A stretch of DNA of 64,000 bases from Octopus vulgaris. Taxonomy: Eukaryota. The stretch's first letter is position 1, and every line of letters begins with the position of its first letter. This document shows positions 40,528 to 53,502 of the stretch, piece by piece. The DNA lies in assembly GCA_951406725.2 (NCBI GenBank), contig OX597838.1, positions 29,574,001 through 29,638,000 of the forward strand, read 5' to 3'. Made by a program: the position numbers and the translations under genes. Below the pieces are notes generated by a model, which worked only from the letters and a program-made list of their open reading frames with translations, did no database searches and was not told the DNA's origin.

Positions 40528-42597
40528 TTAAGATATAATGAATGAACCAATAGAATAAGTACCAGACTTTTAAAAAAAACAGGTACTGGGGTTGGTACAT
40601 TCGACTAAATACTTCAAGGTAGTGCCCCAGCATGGCCACAGTCTAATGACGGAAACAAATAAAAGATAAAGAAAACTAATAAGTTTTTTTTTTAATATTT
40701 ATATTTAAATAGTAAAAATGGAGAAAAATATTTTAAAAACTGAAAAAAATAAATGGAAGAAAATAATATTTCCATTTCTCCCCCCCCCAAAAATTTTAAA
40801 AAAAGCTGTCAAGGAAAAATAAAGTTTTAATTAGTTAATTGATTTTGTAATTAGGAAACGGATGGAGATTGTATTGGAATAAGATGGGACGATGGTGTAG
40901 AGTGTGGGGGTGGAGGCGTAAAGTAAACAGGAAATGTTTTAAATGAAGTCTTTGGTGTAGAAAGATGCATGGGTGTATACATGTGTATATATATATGTAT
41001 GGGTGTAGGTGCCGTCAGTTTCGTTCTGTGTCTCTTTTTTTATGTTTAAATGAGGGTATATATAAATATACATATATATATCATCATCATCATCGTTTAA
41101 TGTCCACTTTCCATGCTAGCATGGGTTGGACGGTTCAACTGGGGTCTGGGAAGCCCGAAAGCTGCACCAGGCCAGTCAGACCTGGCAGTGTTTCTACAGC
41201 TGGATGCCCTTCCTAACGCCAACCACTCCGAGAGTGTAGTGGGTGCTTTTTATGTGCCACCAGCACAGGGGCCAGGGGAGGCTGGCAACGGCCACGATCG
41301 GATGGTGTTTGTTACGTGCCACCAGCACGGAGGCCAGTCGATGCAGTGCTGGCTACGGCCACGTTCAGATGGTTCTCTTATGTGCCACCGGCACTGGTAC
41401 CACAACTGAAAATTCCATTGATGTTGACCGATTTCGATATATTTATATACACATATACTCACACGTGTGTGTGAAGGCGAATGGCTCAGTGGTTAGAGCG
41501 TCAGGCTCACAATCATGAGGTAGTGAGTTCAATTCTTGGACTGGGCTGTGTTGTGTTCTTGAGCAAGACACTTTATTTTCAAGTTGCTCCAAGTTCACTC
41601 AGCTGTAGAAACGAGTTGCAATGTCACTGGTGCCAAGTTTTATCAGCCCCTTTGCATTTCTCTAGGACAACACCAGTGGTATGGAGAGAGGGGAGGCTGG
41701 TGGTCTTCCATAAACAATCTTGCCCAGACTTGTGCCTTTCTTGGTGCAAACTCATGGTCATTCATGACCAAAGGGGGTCTTTACTCTTTACATATATATA
41801 TATATATATATAATTATAAAGCGTTCTTGTCCCATTTTGTATTTTATATATATATATCTAAAATACAAAATGGGACAAGAACGCTTTATAATTTTAACAA
41901 AGAACATAGAATAATACAATCTTACATAGACAATGCGGAAGGAGAGAAGGCACAAGATGAGAAGTCATGGCTGGAAAGCCATTCATCATAGGTGTATTCA
42001 ACCAGCCTTGACCCGGGGTTAAACAAAAGCAACAACAATTTATTTATTTTAATAAAAAAATTTATTCTTACATTTTGCATTTTGCATTTTAATAGCCTTA
42101 CCATCATCATCATCACCATCACTTATTTTTATGTCTAGTTTGATTCTTTTTTTGTTTTTTTTTCCCCCAATGCTAGCATGAGTTAGTCAGGACTTCTTGA
42201 GACAGTCTTCTATGGTCAGTTGCCCCATTTCAGATGCAAACCTACGTTTTTCAAGTGATTCTGTGTCATTGCGTGCTGAATCATCAAATTGTAAAACAGA
42301 GACAAAGTCAATGCTTCCTTCCCAAATGATCTCAATGCAGAAAGACAAGAAGACGACGGCGACACACACATACACACCTTATAGGAGGTGGTATCAAAAT
42401 GTTCCCGGACTGGTTCCGTAGCCAGCCAACAGATGGCAGCACATGGTCGTGTGGGCAGTGAGACCTAGCAGTGACCTTCATGAGGGAATGTGCTGAGTGA
42501 CATCGCTTCTGACCAATCAATAGAGATTTATATAAATACCAAAGCCTTGCGAGTGGATCTGGCAGACAGAAACTGAAAGAAGCTTGTCGTGTATATG

Positions 42598-42654
<57 letters not shown>

Positions 42655-43406
42655 GTGTGTGTGTGTATGTATATATATATATGTGTGTGTATGTTTAGGT
42701 CCTTGTAACTTAGCAGTTTGGCAAAAGAGACTGATAGAATAAGTGCTAGGCTTACAAAGAGTAAGCCCTGGTGTCGATTTCTTTGACTAAAATCCTATGA
42801 GGTGATGCTCCAGCATGGCTGCAGTCAAACAACTGAAACAAGTAAAATGAAAGAATGTGTGTGTGTGTGTATATACCTCCGTATCTTGTCATCATGCACT
42901 AATTGTGGAGGCATTTGGCTTAGTGGTTAGAGGTGCTGGACTCCTGATCAAAAGATTGTAGTTTCAATTCCTGGACCAGGTGACACATAGTGTTTTTGAG
43001 CAAACCACTTCATTTCATATTGCTCCAGTCCACTCAGCTGGCAAGAATGAGTAACTCTGCGATGGACCAGCGTCTCATCTGGGTGGATTTATACGCCACG
43101 GAAACCGGCCCTTATGAGTCAGTGTGACTCAGGAAGGACCTTTATCGATGCGCTAATTATAAACAAACATCATTGTTGTACAAGAGATGAAGTTTGTTTT
43201 GCAATCTCCTTTGTAAATACGCTCAGACTGGAGTAATTATTTTCTTCACCAGCCTCAGGCCTTCTGAGTGGATTTGGTCAACAGAAACTCAAAGAAGCTC
43301 ACCATTTATGGATATGCCACAGTGAGTGTGCCTTATTGTGATTTTATTGTACTATGGTTGTAAATGTGTGTCTCTTTCATACAAGCAGTGATATTTGTTT
43401 CCAGAC

Positions 43407-43886
43407 TTAACCCTTTCATTATCAACCCGGCTGAAACCGTCCGTAGCTCTGAGTACAAATGTTTTGTCTTCATAAGTTTTGAATTAAAATCTTCCACCAA
43501 ACCTTAGTCACAATTTATCTTCCGAACACTAGCTTAATGACAACTAAGTTATTTTACTAAATTCTTTGTTATATTTAAAATTAAATGAAAGGAACGCAGA
43601 ACATCTCAACAGAAATATGGTAACAAAAGGGTTAAAATATATAATAGAGGAACAATTCTTAACCCTTTCGATACCAACCCGGCTGAAACCGGCCATAGCT
43701 CTGAGTACAAATGTTTTGTCTTCATAAGTTTTGAATTAAAATCTTCCACCAAACCTTAGTCACAATTTATGTTCCTAACACTAGCTGAATGATAACTAAG
43801 TTATTTTACTAAATTCTTTGTTATATCTAAAGTAATTGAAAGAAACACAGAGCATCTCAAAATAAATACAGTAATGAAAGGGTTAA
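43407..43886 (+). mobile_element. piggyBac-like MITE dimer (duplicated at 44984-45462; monomer at ~53795-54008)
   Basis: TTAA at both ends and CCCTT/AAGGG TIRs. Confidence 0.85.
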
Positions 43887-44512
43887 GGAAAAACATGTCT
43901 GGTCATAGGAAAATAGTATCTTGTTAGGAAACTGGTAAAGGTTAGTGACAGAAAGGGCATCCGGCCAAAGAAAGTCCGCCTCAATGAAATTTGTCTGACC
44001 CATGCAAGCATGGAAAAGTGGACATTAAAACAATGATAATGAGGATGACGATGATGGTAAGAAAGGCCAAGAGACTGTGGTAGAGTGAGGGGAGGTGACA
44101 ATGAGTAGGAGAGCAACATCAGGTTGATCTCCCGTTAAAAGTGGTCTTCATTGAACATCATATATATTTCTTTACTACCCACAAGGGGCTAAACATAGAG
44201 GGGACAAACAAGGACAGACAAAGGGATTAAGTCGATTACATCGACCCCAGTGCGAAACTGGTACTTTATTTATCGACTCCCGGGAGGATGAAAGGCAAAG
44301 TCGACCTCGGCGGAATTTGAACTCACAACGTAACGACAGACGAAATACCGCTAAGCATTTTGCCCGTGTGCTAACGTTTCTGCCAGCTCACCACCTTAGG
44401 TGTATAGATTGTCACACTGTTAGACAGAAACTCCCCCACCCCACCGACAAGCCCTCACTTGCTGATGTCCAAACAAGTCTCAAGAACTTCAGGTTCGATG
44501 TACAATGGTATT

Positions 44513-44579
44513 TCATGTGTTGTTTTTCCGAATTTTTTTCTTCAATATTTTCGGAGGTCCAAGGAATTTGAATGTAGTT
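44513..44579 (-). CDS. GTF2H3: GTF2H3 terminal coding exon, duplicated distal copy (identical peptide)
   Basis: ctctcttccag|A ACT ACA TTC...TGA; intact acceptor and ORF inside the tandem duplication. Whether it is used is unknown. Confidence 0.6.
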
Positions 44580-46087
44580 CTGGAAGAGAGAAAAAAAAAA
44601 AACAATAAATAAATAAATAAATCTGAGCATTTCAAATTTTGGCACAGGGCTGGCAATTTTAGAAGGAAGTGGAGTTGGTCGATTACACTGAGCCCGAAAG
44701 TGTGACTCAGGAAGGACCTTTATCGATGCGCTAATTATAAACAAACATCATTGTTGTAAGAGATGATGTTTATTTTGCAATCTCCTTTGTAAATACGCTC
44801 AGACTGGAGTAATTATTTTCTTCACCAGCCTCAGGCCTTCTGAGTGGATTTGGTCAACAGAAACTCAAAGAAGCTCACCATTTATGGATATGCCACAGTG
44901 AGTGTGCCTTATTGTGATTTTATTGTACTGTGGTTGTAAATGTGTGTCACTTTCATACAAGCAGTGATATTTGTTTCCAGACTTAACCCTTTCGTTACCA
45001 ACCCGGCTGAAACCGTCCGTAGCTCAGAGTACAAATGTTTTGTCTTCATAAGTTTTGAATTAAAATCTTCCACTAAACCTTAGTCACAATTTATGTTCCT
45101 AACACTAGCTTAATGACAACTAAGTTATTTTACTAAATTTTTTGTTATATTTAAAATTAATTGAAAGAAACAGAGAGCATCTCAACAGAAATATGGTAAC
45201 AAAAGGGTTAAAATATATAATAGAGGAACAATTCTTAACCCTTTCGATACCAACCCGGCTGAAACCGGCCATAACTCTGAGTACAAATGTTTTGTTTTCA
45301 TAAGTTTTTAATTAAAATCTTCCACCAAACCTTAGTCACAATTTATGTTCCTAACACTAGCTTAATGACAACTAAGTTATTTTACTAAATTCTTTGTTAT
45401 ATCTAAAGTAATTGAAAGAAACACAGAGCATCCTAAAATAAATACAGTAATGAAAGGGTTAAGGAAAAACATGTCTGGTCATAGGAAAATAGTATCTTGT
45501 TAGGAAACTGGTAAAGGTTAGTGACAGAAAGGGCATCCAGCCATAGAAAGTCCACCTCAATGAAATTTGCTTGACTCATGCAAGCATGGAAAAGTGGACA
45601 TTAAAACAATGATAATGAGGATGACGATGATGGTAAGAAAGGCCAAGAGACTGTGGTAGAGTGAGGGGAGGTGACAATAAGTAGGAGAGCAACATCAGGT
45701 TGATCTCCCGTTAAAGTGGTCTTCATTGAACATCATATATATTTCTTTACTACCCACAAGGGGCTAAACATAGAGGGGACAAACAAGGACAGACAAAGGG
45801 ATTAAGTCGATTACATCGACCCCAGTGCGAAACTGGTACTTTATTTATCGACCCCCGGGAGGATGAAAGGCAAAGTCGACCTCGGCGGAATTTGAACTCA
45901 CAACGTAACGACAGACGAAATACCGCTAAGCATTTTGCCCATGCGCTAACGTTTCTGCCAGCTCACCGCCTTAGGTGTATAGATTGTCACACTGTTAGAC
46001 AGAAACTCCCCCACCCCACCGACAAGCCCTCACTTGCTGATGTCCAAACAAGTCTCAAGAACTTCAGGTTCGATGTACAATGGTATT

Positions 46088-46154
46088 TCATGTGTTGTTT
46101 TTCCGAATTTTTTTCTTCAATATTTTCGGAGGTCCAAGGAATTTGAACGTCGTT
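46088..46154 (-). CDS. GTF2H3: GTF2H3 terminal coding exon, proximal copy ([21 protein letters not shown])
   Basis: ctctcttccag|A ACG ACG TTC...TGA; basic tail resembling human TAFK...PP..KAKKKK. Confidence 0.9.
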
Positions 46155-49100
46155 CTGGAAGAGAGAGAAAAATAAAAAACAATAAATAAATAAATAACTC
46201 TGAGCGTTTCAAATTTTGGCACAGGGCTGGCAATTTTAGAAGGAAGTGGAGTTGGTCGATTACACTGAGCCCGAAAGGATAAAAGGCAAAAATTGACCCC
46301 TGTTGGATTTGAGCTCAGAACATAAAGGGTCAGAAGAGAAGTTACAAAGCATTTTGTATGATGTGCTAACAATTCTACCAGCTTGCCTACCGCTTTTTAT
46401 GATTGCTTCAAATTTTGATACAAGGCCGGCAATCTTAAGAGTGTAGCCTTAGTCAGTTACATCAACTTCAGTACCTGACTGTTACTTATTTTACCAACCC
46501 CAAAAGGATAAAATGTAAAGATAACCTTGGTGGGGTTTGAACCCAGAATGTGAAGAGTAGAATGAAATGCCACTAAGCACTTTGCCCAATGTACCTATGA
46601 TTCTGCCAGCTTGTTGTTTTAACCCTTTAGCATTCAGATCCCTAATGCTTATTTATTCACATTGTTTTGAATTAGTCCTGCATTAACTTGTAGCTTGAAG
46701 ATTTCAATGAACTGATTTCTTATTTTTAGAATGATATTCTTTTTTGTTCTAGGCACAAGGCCTGAAATTTTGTGGGAGGGAGCCAGTCGATTAGATTGAC
46801 CTAGGTACACAATTGGTGCTTAATTTATTGATCACGAAAGGATGAAAGGCAAAGTCGACCTCGGCAGAATTTTGAACTCAGAACATAAGACAGACGAAAC
46901 ACCGCTAAGCATTTCGCCCTGTGTGCTAACGATTCTGCCAGCTCGCTGCCTTATTTTTAGAATGATACTCTTTTCTACTCTAGGCACAAGGCCTGAAATT
47001 CTGGAGGAGGGAGCCAGTCAATTAGATCTACCCCAGTACGCAACTGGTAGTTAATTTATCAACCTCATAAGAATGAAAGGCAAAATCGACCTCAGCAGAA
47101 TTTGAACTCAGAAAGTAAAGACAGACAAAATACCTATTTCTTTACTACCCACAAGGGGCTAAACACAGAGGGGACAAACAAGGACAGACAAATGGATTAA
47201 GTTGATTATATCGACCCCAGTGCATAACTGGTACTTATTCAATCGATCCTGAAAGGATGAAAGGCAAAGTCGACCTCAGCGGAATTTGAACTCAGAAAGT
47301 AAAGACAGACGAAATACCGCGAAGCATTCCACCCAGTGTGCTAACGTTTCTGCGAGCTTGCAGCCTTATTTTTAGAATGATGTTGTGTAGGGTTGGTGTG
47401 AGAGGCTGGATCTGGTAAGTTTGAACATAAAACAGGTAATATATTTGATCCAGGAATAAGATAAAGTAAAGGTAAAGTGTATTTGTATATATTTATACAT
47501 ATATAAGTATATATACTTCTATGTATGTGTGTACCCCACGACCACTTGAAAACCGGTGTTGGTGTGTTTATGTCCCCATAACTTATCGATTTGGCAAGAG
47601 GCCGATAGAATAGGCACCAGGCTTTATAATGAAAAATAAGTACTGGGGGTTGATTCATTCGACTAAAGATTCTTCAAAGCGGTGCCCCAGCATGACCACA
47701 GTCCAATGATTGGGACAATTAAAGGATAAAAGATAAAGAACATACAGAATTTGGAAGAAATGGTGTAAAAAGCTTAAAACCAGAGAGTTTGGTTAGAAAG
47801 AATTTAGATTTTTCAAAAGAAAATAAAGAAAAGGCATCAACTTACTGACAAGTGGAACAAATCGGACTGAAGGAACAGAAAACTGGAAATAGAAATCAAG
47901 AGAAATTATTGAAGAATTTGGACAAAATTTCACATAATTTGTTTGGAATTTTCTGCTTTAGAATCTTTACAACAAACATAGGTATATAATTAGATAATAG
48001 GTATTTCTTAGGTTTTAAATTCTTCAAATTATCTCCCCTTGTCTTTAAGAGTTGCTAACAATGATCACTAGGTTCTTGTCTTCTTTCTCCAACTAAGAGG
48101 CAAATTTTGGTTGAGATCTTTTTGGGTTTTTTTTACATAACATTTGGTGCATCACAGCTTAATTTAATTATCTAAATTAGTGTCATTTACTTTTCTGAGT
48201 TATTTCTCTTAACTGTCTTCTACTTGGAGGAGAAGTCTTCAACACAAACACACACACACTTGTGTGTGTATGTGTGTGTTTGTGTTTCCTTGTCTTGACA
48301 TCCCAACACAAGCATCACCACCAAACAAGCAGTGCTGTTCATTTCCAACATACCATGGAAACCCATCTGGGTATGCTTGGAAATAGATGAAGGCATCTAA
48401 CAGTTGAACATCCGCCTCAACAAATTCCCCTCAGACCCATACAAGCATGAGAAAGTGGATGTTAAAAACCATGATGATGATGATGATGATTATAATGCTG
48501 TTTCATTTAACATGAAATTTTGATGGTAAGTTTTAATTTCGAACACTTCAACCCTTTAGCATTGAGATTACTCTATCGTATACAGGGCTGGCCAAAAGTC
48601 ACCCAACAGTAAATCAAAACTCCATAAAGACTGCCATTCTGTATTGACTTGAATAGAAAAATGTGTCACTCAAGAAGGACTTCAGTTTGAACAATTTTCA
48701 CAATGTTCCATACTTAGATGCTTTTCTTAAATTCATTCAGTTGTTAAACATAAATAAATATTGGAATTAAATGGTTTTGATTTACTGTCAGGTGACTTTT
48801 GGCCAAACCTGGGCAATGCTTATTTCTTCACCTTGATCTGAATTAATCTTGCACTCGTAACTTCATGATTTTGACAATGTTATTGTTTATTTATTTATTT
48901 TTTAACTTTGTAGGTTAGGTGTGAGAAGCCAGATCTGGCCAGTTTGAACAAAAAATAGGCAGAAAATTTAGTCTTGATATGACCAATTTCCTTCTTGAGC
49001 GATGTCAGGCTCAAGAGGGCTGGTTTCCTGGTTTCAATGGCAGAAATATTCCCCACCTGGACTGGATGCTGGTCTGCCACAAGATTACTCATTTTTGCCA

Positions 49101-51645
49101 GGAGCAATGTGAAACAAAGTGTTTTGCTGAAGAACACAATATGTCACCCAGTCCAGGAATTGAAACCACAATCCTACGATCATGAGTCCAGTCAGTACCC
49201 CTAACCGCTAAGCCATGCCCTTCCAAAGTACAATATCTGTGCCAGATACGACCAGTTTAAATGCTAAAGGGTTGAAACAGGAAGTTTATATGAAAGAACC
49301 AAGGTTAGTATTAAAAGGGTTAAAAAGAAGGGCTGCCGTTAGTTTTTTTTTTTTTTTTTTTTTGCTACTTACTTGACAGACAAACGGAGCAGACATAACC
49401 AATATCAATGAGGTTCCGGTGGCAAAAACAGGCAGCCCTGTAATCAACTTGAACCCTTGCTGGCAGAGACAGTTTATGTCTGACATGAGGATCAGGAAGA
49501 AAGACGCACTAGACAAATAAAAAAAACAAAAGATTATTGTAATTAATTAAATGATGTTAATGAGAAAATGACAAACTAACCAGGGTGCTCCTACATGGTC
49601 GGTCACTCCATTACTGATACATTAGTAAAGCAGCTTGAGTTAATGCTAAAAAAGATGGGATAGTCATGGCTGGAAGCCTTTTAGCCATAGGTCTGCTGGA
49701 TGAGAGTTGACATGGGGTTAGACAATAACTTTATGAAACCAGTCAATGAGGAAACCCTTGGAAATAGGGGCCAAATTTCCCTCAATTCACTCTATTCTAC
49801 CATCTTAGAAACAGGGAAACATTGGATAATATAGCCCTAGATATACTATGCTATATCTTTGATCATTCAGAGTTGATCTGGGGCTAAAAAACAATAAAAA
49901 CAAAATGTAATAGTAAAAATAAAAATGACAAAAAAGCAGAAACAAAAAAACAACACAAACCAAAACAATAGTTGTTTTTTTTCTTTTTTTTTCTCCATTG
50001 TTTAGAATTTCACAGGAAAGAACTGCGAGAGAGATTCTTAAAGCTGAAAGAACCAGCAGAAAATCTTGGGGGTAGACCAAGAATGAGATGGTTGGATAAT
50101 TACCACAGTCACAATTGGTCATGTCTAGGAATCCAAGCAGGGAAGATGTAATGGCAGTTGCTTCTGGTAAGACATTATGGAGGAAGTACCTGAAGACTCT
50201 ACCCTTTGACTTGTAGAAGACCTAGGGGTGGACCAAGAATGAGAGGGTTGGATAATGTGCATAGTCTGGGTTGGTCATGCTTGGGGATCCAGCAGTGTAA
50301 TGACAGTTGCTTCTGGTAAGACCTTATGGAGGAGGTACCTGAAGACTCTACCCTTTGACTGTCAGAAGACCTGGGGGGGGAGGACCAAGAATGAGAGGGT
50401 TGGATAATGTCCATAGTCTGGATTGGTCATGCTTAGGGATCCAGCCAAGAAGTAATGACAGTTGTTTCTGATAAGACATTATGGAGGAGGTACCTGAAGA
50501 CTCAACCCTTTGACTGTCAGAAGACCCAGGGGTGGACCAAGAATGAAATGGTTGGATAATGTTCGTAGTCTGGATTGGTCATGCTTGGGGATCCAGCAGG
50601 AAAATGTAATGATGGTTGCTTCTGATAAAATTCTATGGAGGAGAAACCTGACTATTGTACCCTTTGACTGGCAGGAGACCCAGGGGTGGACCAAGAATGA
50701 GAGGGTTGGATAAAGTCCATAGCCTGAGTTGGTCATGCTTGGGGATCCATGAGGAAAGTGTAATGATGGTTGCTTCTGATAAAGCACTATGGAGGAGATA
50801 GCTGAATATTGTACCCTTTGACTGGCAGGAGACCTGGGGATGGACCAAGAACAAGATGGTTGGATACTATCTTTAATCTCACTTGATTGTAGTTATGCTT
50901 GGGAATTTAACAGGGAAGTGTAATGGCATTTGCTTCTGATAGGACCCAATGAAAGAGGTGTCTAGGGACTTTCCTCTCATGGCCCTTCCAGGAATAGTCA
51001 GTGGAGAAGATGGATGGCTATAAATTAATTAAATATGTGAGTGGTTGACATACCAGTAGATACTGTAAGATGCCGGAGACTGTGGGTAGCTTGAGGTAGG
51101 TGCCACCAGTAATATCACACGCCTGTGGATAGAGAATAGAAGAGAGAGAGATTTGAGAATTAAAACATATGTATGGATGCACACGATATATGGAAGAACA
51201 TTACAATCACCACAATGCACATACACACTCACACACATAGGTGGGGAGAGAGAGATGCATACACACAAACATGCACATTGCATGCATACATATAATACAA
51301 ACACACACACACACATACATTGTTGCTATTATGTTAAACAGTCGTGTTTGAATTTGGCCAAATGTGTTTTTTTTTCGATATTTAATTTTGCTTGCAATAG
51401 CCAGTTCTTTTGGTTAAATTATTGTATCTCCAGCTGCTTCAGATGCCAAGATATGAAAATTTTCAAAGTGTAGAAGAACGGTTTAGCATTTTTCAAAAGT
51501 GTAGTAAGTCCCACGTAGGACAGTTTTGCAAAAATATCCATGAATGGAGTTACGATTTTATGCACTCAACAAAGTATTATTGTTAAGCTGAAACTGTTGT
51601 TAATGTAACAAGAAATGGACTTACAACACTTTTGCATAATAGCAA

Positions 51646-51683
<38 letters not shown>

Positions 51684-53467
51684 GGCGCAGGAGTGGCTGT
51701 GTGGTAAGTAGCTTGTTTACCAACCACATGGTTCCGGGTTCAGTCCCACTGCATGGCATGTTGGGCAAGTGTCTTCTACTATAGCCTTGGGCCGACCAAA
51801 GCCTTGTGAGTGGATTTGGTAGATGGAAACTGAAAGAAGCCCGTCGTATATATGTATATATATATGTGTGTGTGTGTTTGTGTGTCTGTGTTTGTCCCCC
51901 TAGCATTGCTTGACAACCGATGCTGGTGTGTTTATGTCCCCGTTACTTAGCAGTTCGGCAAAAGAGACCGATTGAATAAGTACTGAGCTTACAAAAAGAA
52001 TAAGTCCCGGGGGTCGAGTTGCTCTATTAAAGGCGGTGCTCCAGCATGGCCACAGTCAAATGACTGAAACAAGTAAAAGAGTAAAAGAGTATATATATAT
52101 ATATACATACACACACATATGAGAGAGGGAGAGAAAAAGAGAGAGTAAATGAAAATGTGAGGAGTGAACCTACCTGTTGTAGCAGACTGGAGTCGTCCCC
52201 CAAGATACAACTGTCAATGATGACATTCTGAAAGTATAAAACAATGTGAATAAATAGACATTACATTGGACAGAATAATGTGAATGCTAAAAGGTTAAAA
52301 GCCATCTTCAATTGGAATTAAACTTAAAATCCTTAGGTGAGCTTGCTGCTCAGTCACAAAGACCACTGCATGAACATTCAACCATTTCAAACCAAGTTTC
52401 TTGCTCCCTATGTTTAGTGGTTTACTGTATTCCTTTTCAGTTCTATATATCGCCAGCCTCATTTGGCACCTGTGTTGGTGGCACATAAAAAGCACCCACT
52501 ACACTCACAGAGTGGTTGGTGTTAGGAAGGGCATCCAGCTGTAGAAACACTGCCAGATCTGACTGGCCTGGTGCAGTCTTCGGGCTTCCCAGACCCCAGT
52601 TGAACCGTTTAACCCATGCTAGCATGGAAAGCAGACGTTAAACGATGATGATGATGATGATATCATTTCTTTTCACTCATAACCATATTGAGCTCTTCTC
52701 AGCTGTCTCTGCCAGGTGTTTCATCATCGCTGTTCCTTTCTAACCCTTGACTCAATAATTGGCACATTGATGCTGTGACAAACCTCCAGGTGTGACCACT
52801 TCTGCTGCCTTTACTGTGCAACTGTACCCACTCCTTTGTTAGATTTTTTCATGAGGTCATCGTAATTCCTCATCTTGAACTGGTGTCGTTCATTTGCCCA
52901 ACTCTCATCAGGAACTGTCAACTCTAGCCCTCAATTTATAAATATTAAGGTCCTATGTTCTGCAGGAGAACAATGAGGGAATTTATTCTGTAATTCAGCT
53001 TTTGTAGTGGTCGGGGTGACGACCAGAAAATGATGGAGAGATGGTGGTAATTAAATGCAACCATGACGACGATGTGGATAACACAATTAGCACTGACAAA
53101 GACATCAATAAAAATGATAACAATGACAACGATCATGATAATAGTGCCGCCTTACTGGCACTTGTGCCAGTGACATGTGAAAAACAACATTCGAGCAAGG
53201 TTGTTGCCAGTGCTGCTGGATTGGCTCTTGTGCAGGTGGCACGTAAAAAACACCATTTGAGCGTGGCCATTGCCAATACCGCCTGACTGGCCCTCGTGCT
53301 GGTGGCACGTAAAAGCACCCATTACACTCTCGGAGTGGTTGGCGTTAGGAAGGGCATCCAGCTGTAGAAACAGCCAGATCAAGATTGGAGCCTGGTGCAG
53401 CCATCTGGTTCGCAAGTCCTCAGTCAAATCGTCCAACCCATGCTAGCATGGAAAGCGGATGTTAAAC

Positions 53468-53502
<35 letters not shown>

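Larger units (their letters stand above)
43121..46277. repeat. Tandem segmental duplication, ~1.58 kb x2 (43121-44700 and 44699-46277)
   Basis: Both copies start agtgtgactcaggaaggacc and end ctgagcccgaaag; they are collinear with scattered substitutions. Confidence 0.93.

Noticed and set aside
41475-41550. tRNA-like sequences (also ~16383-16445, 31995-32065, 42908-42980)
   Set aside because: They have box A/B but no proper acceptor stem, and continue into SINE bodies; these are SINE heads, not tRNA genes.
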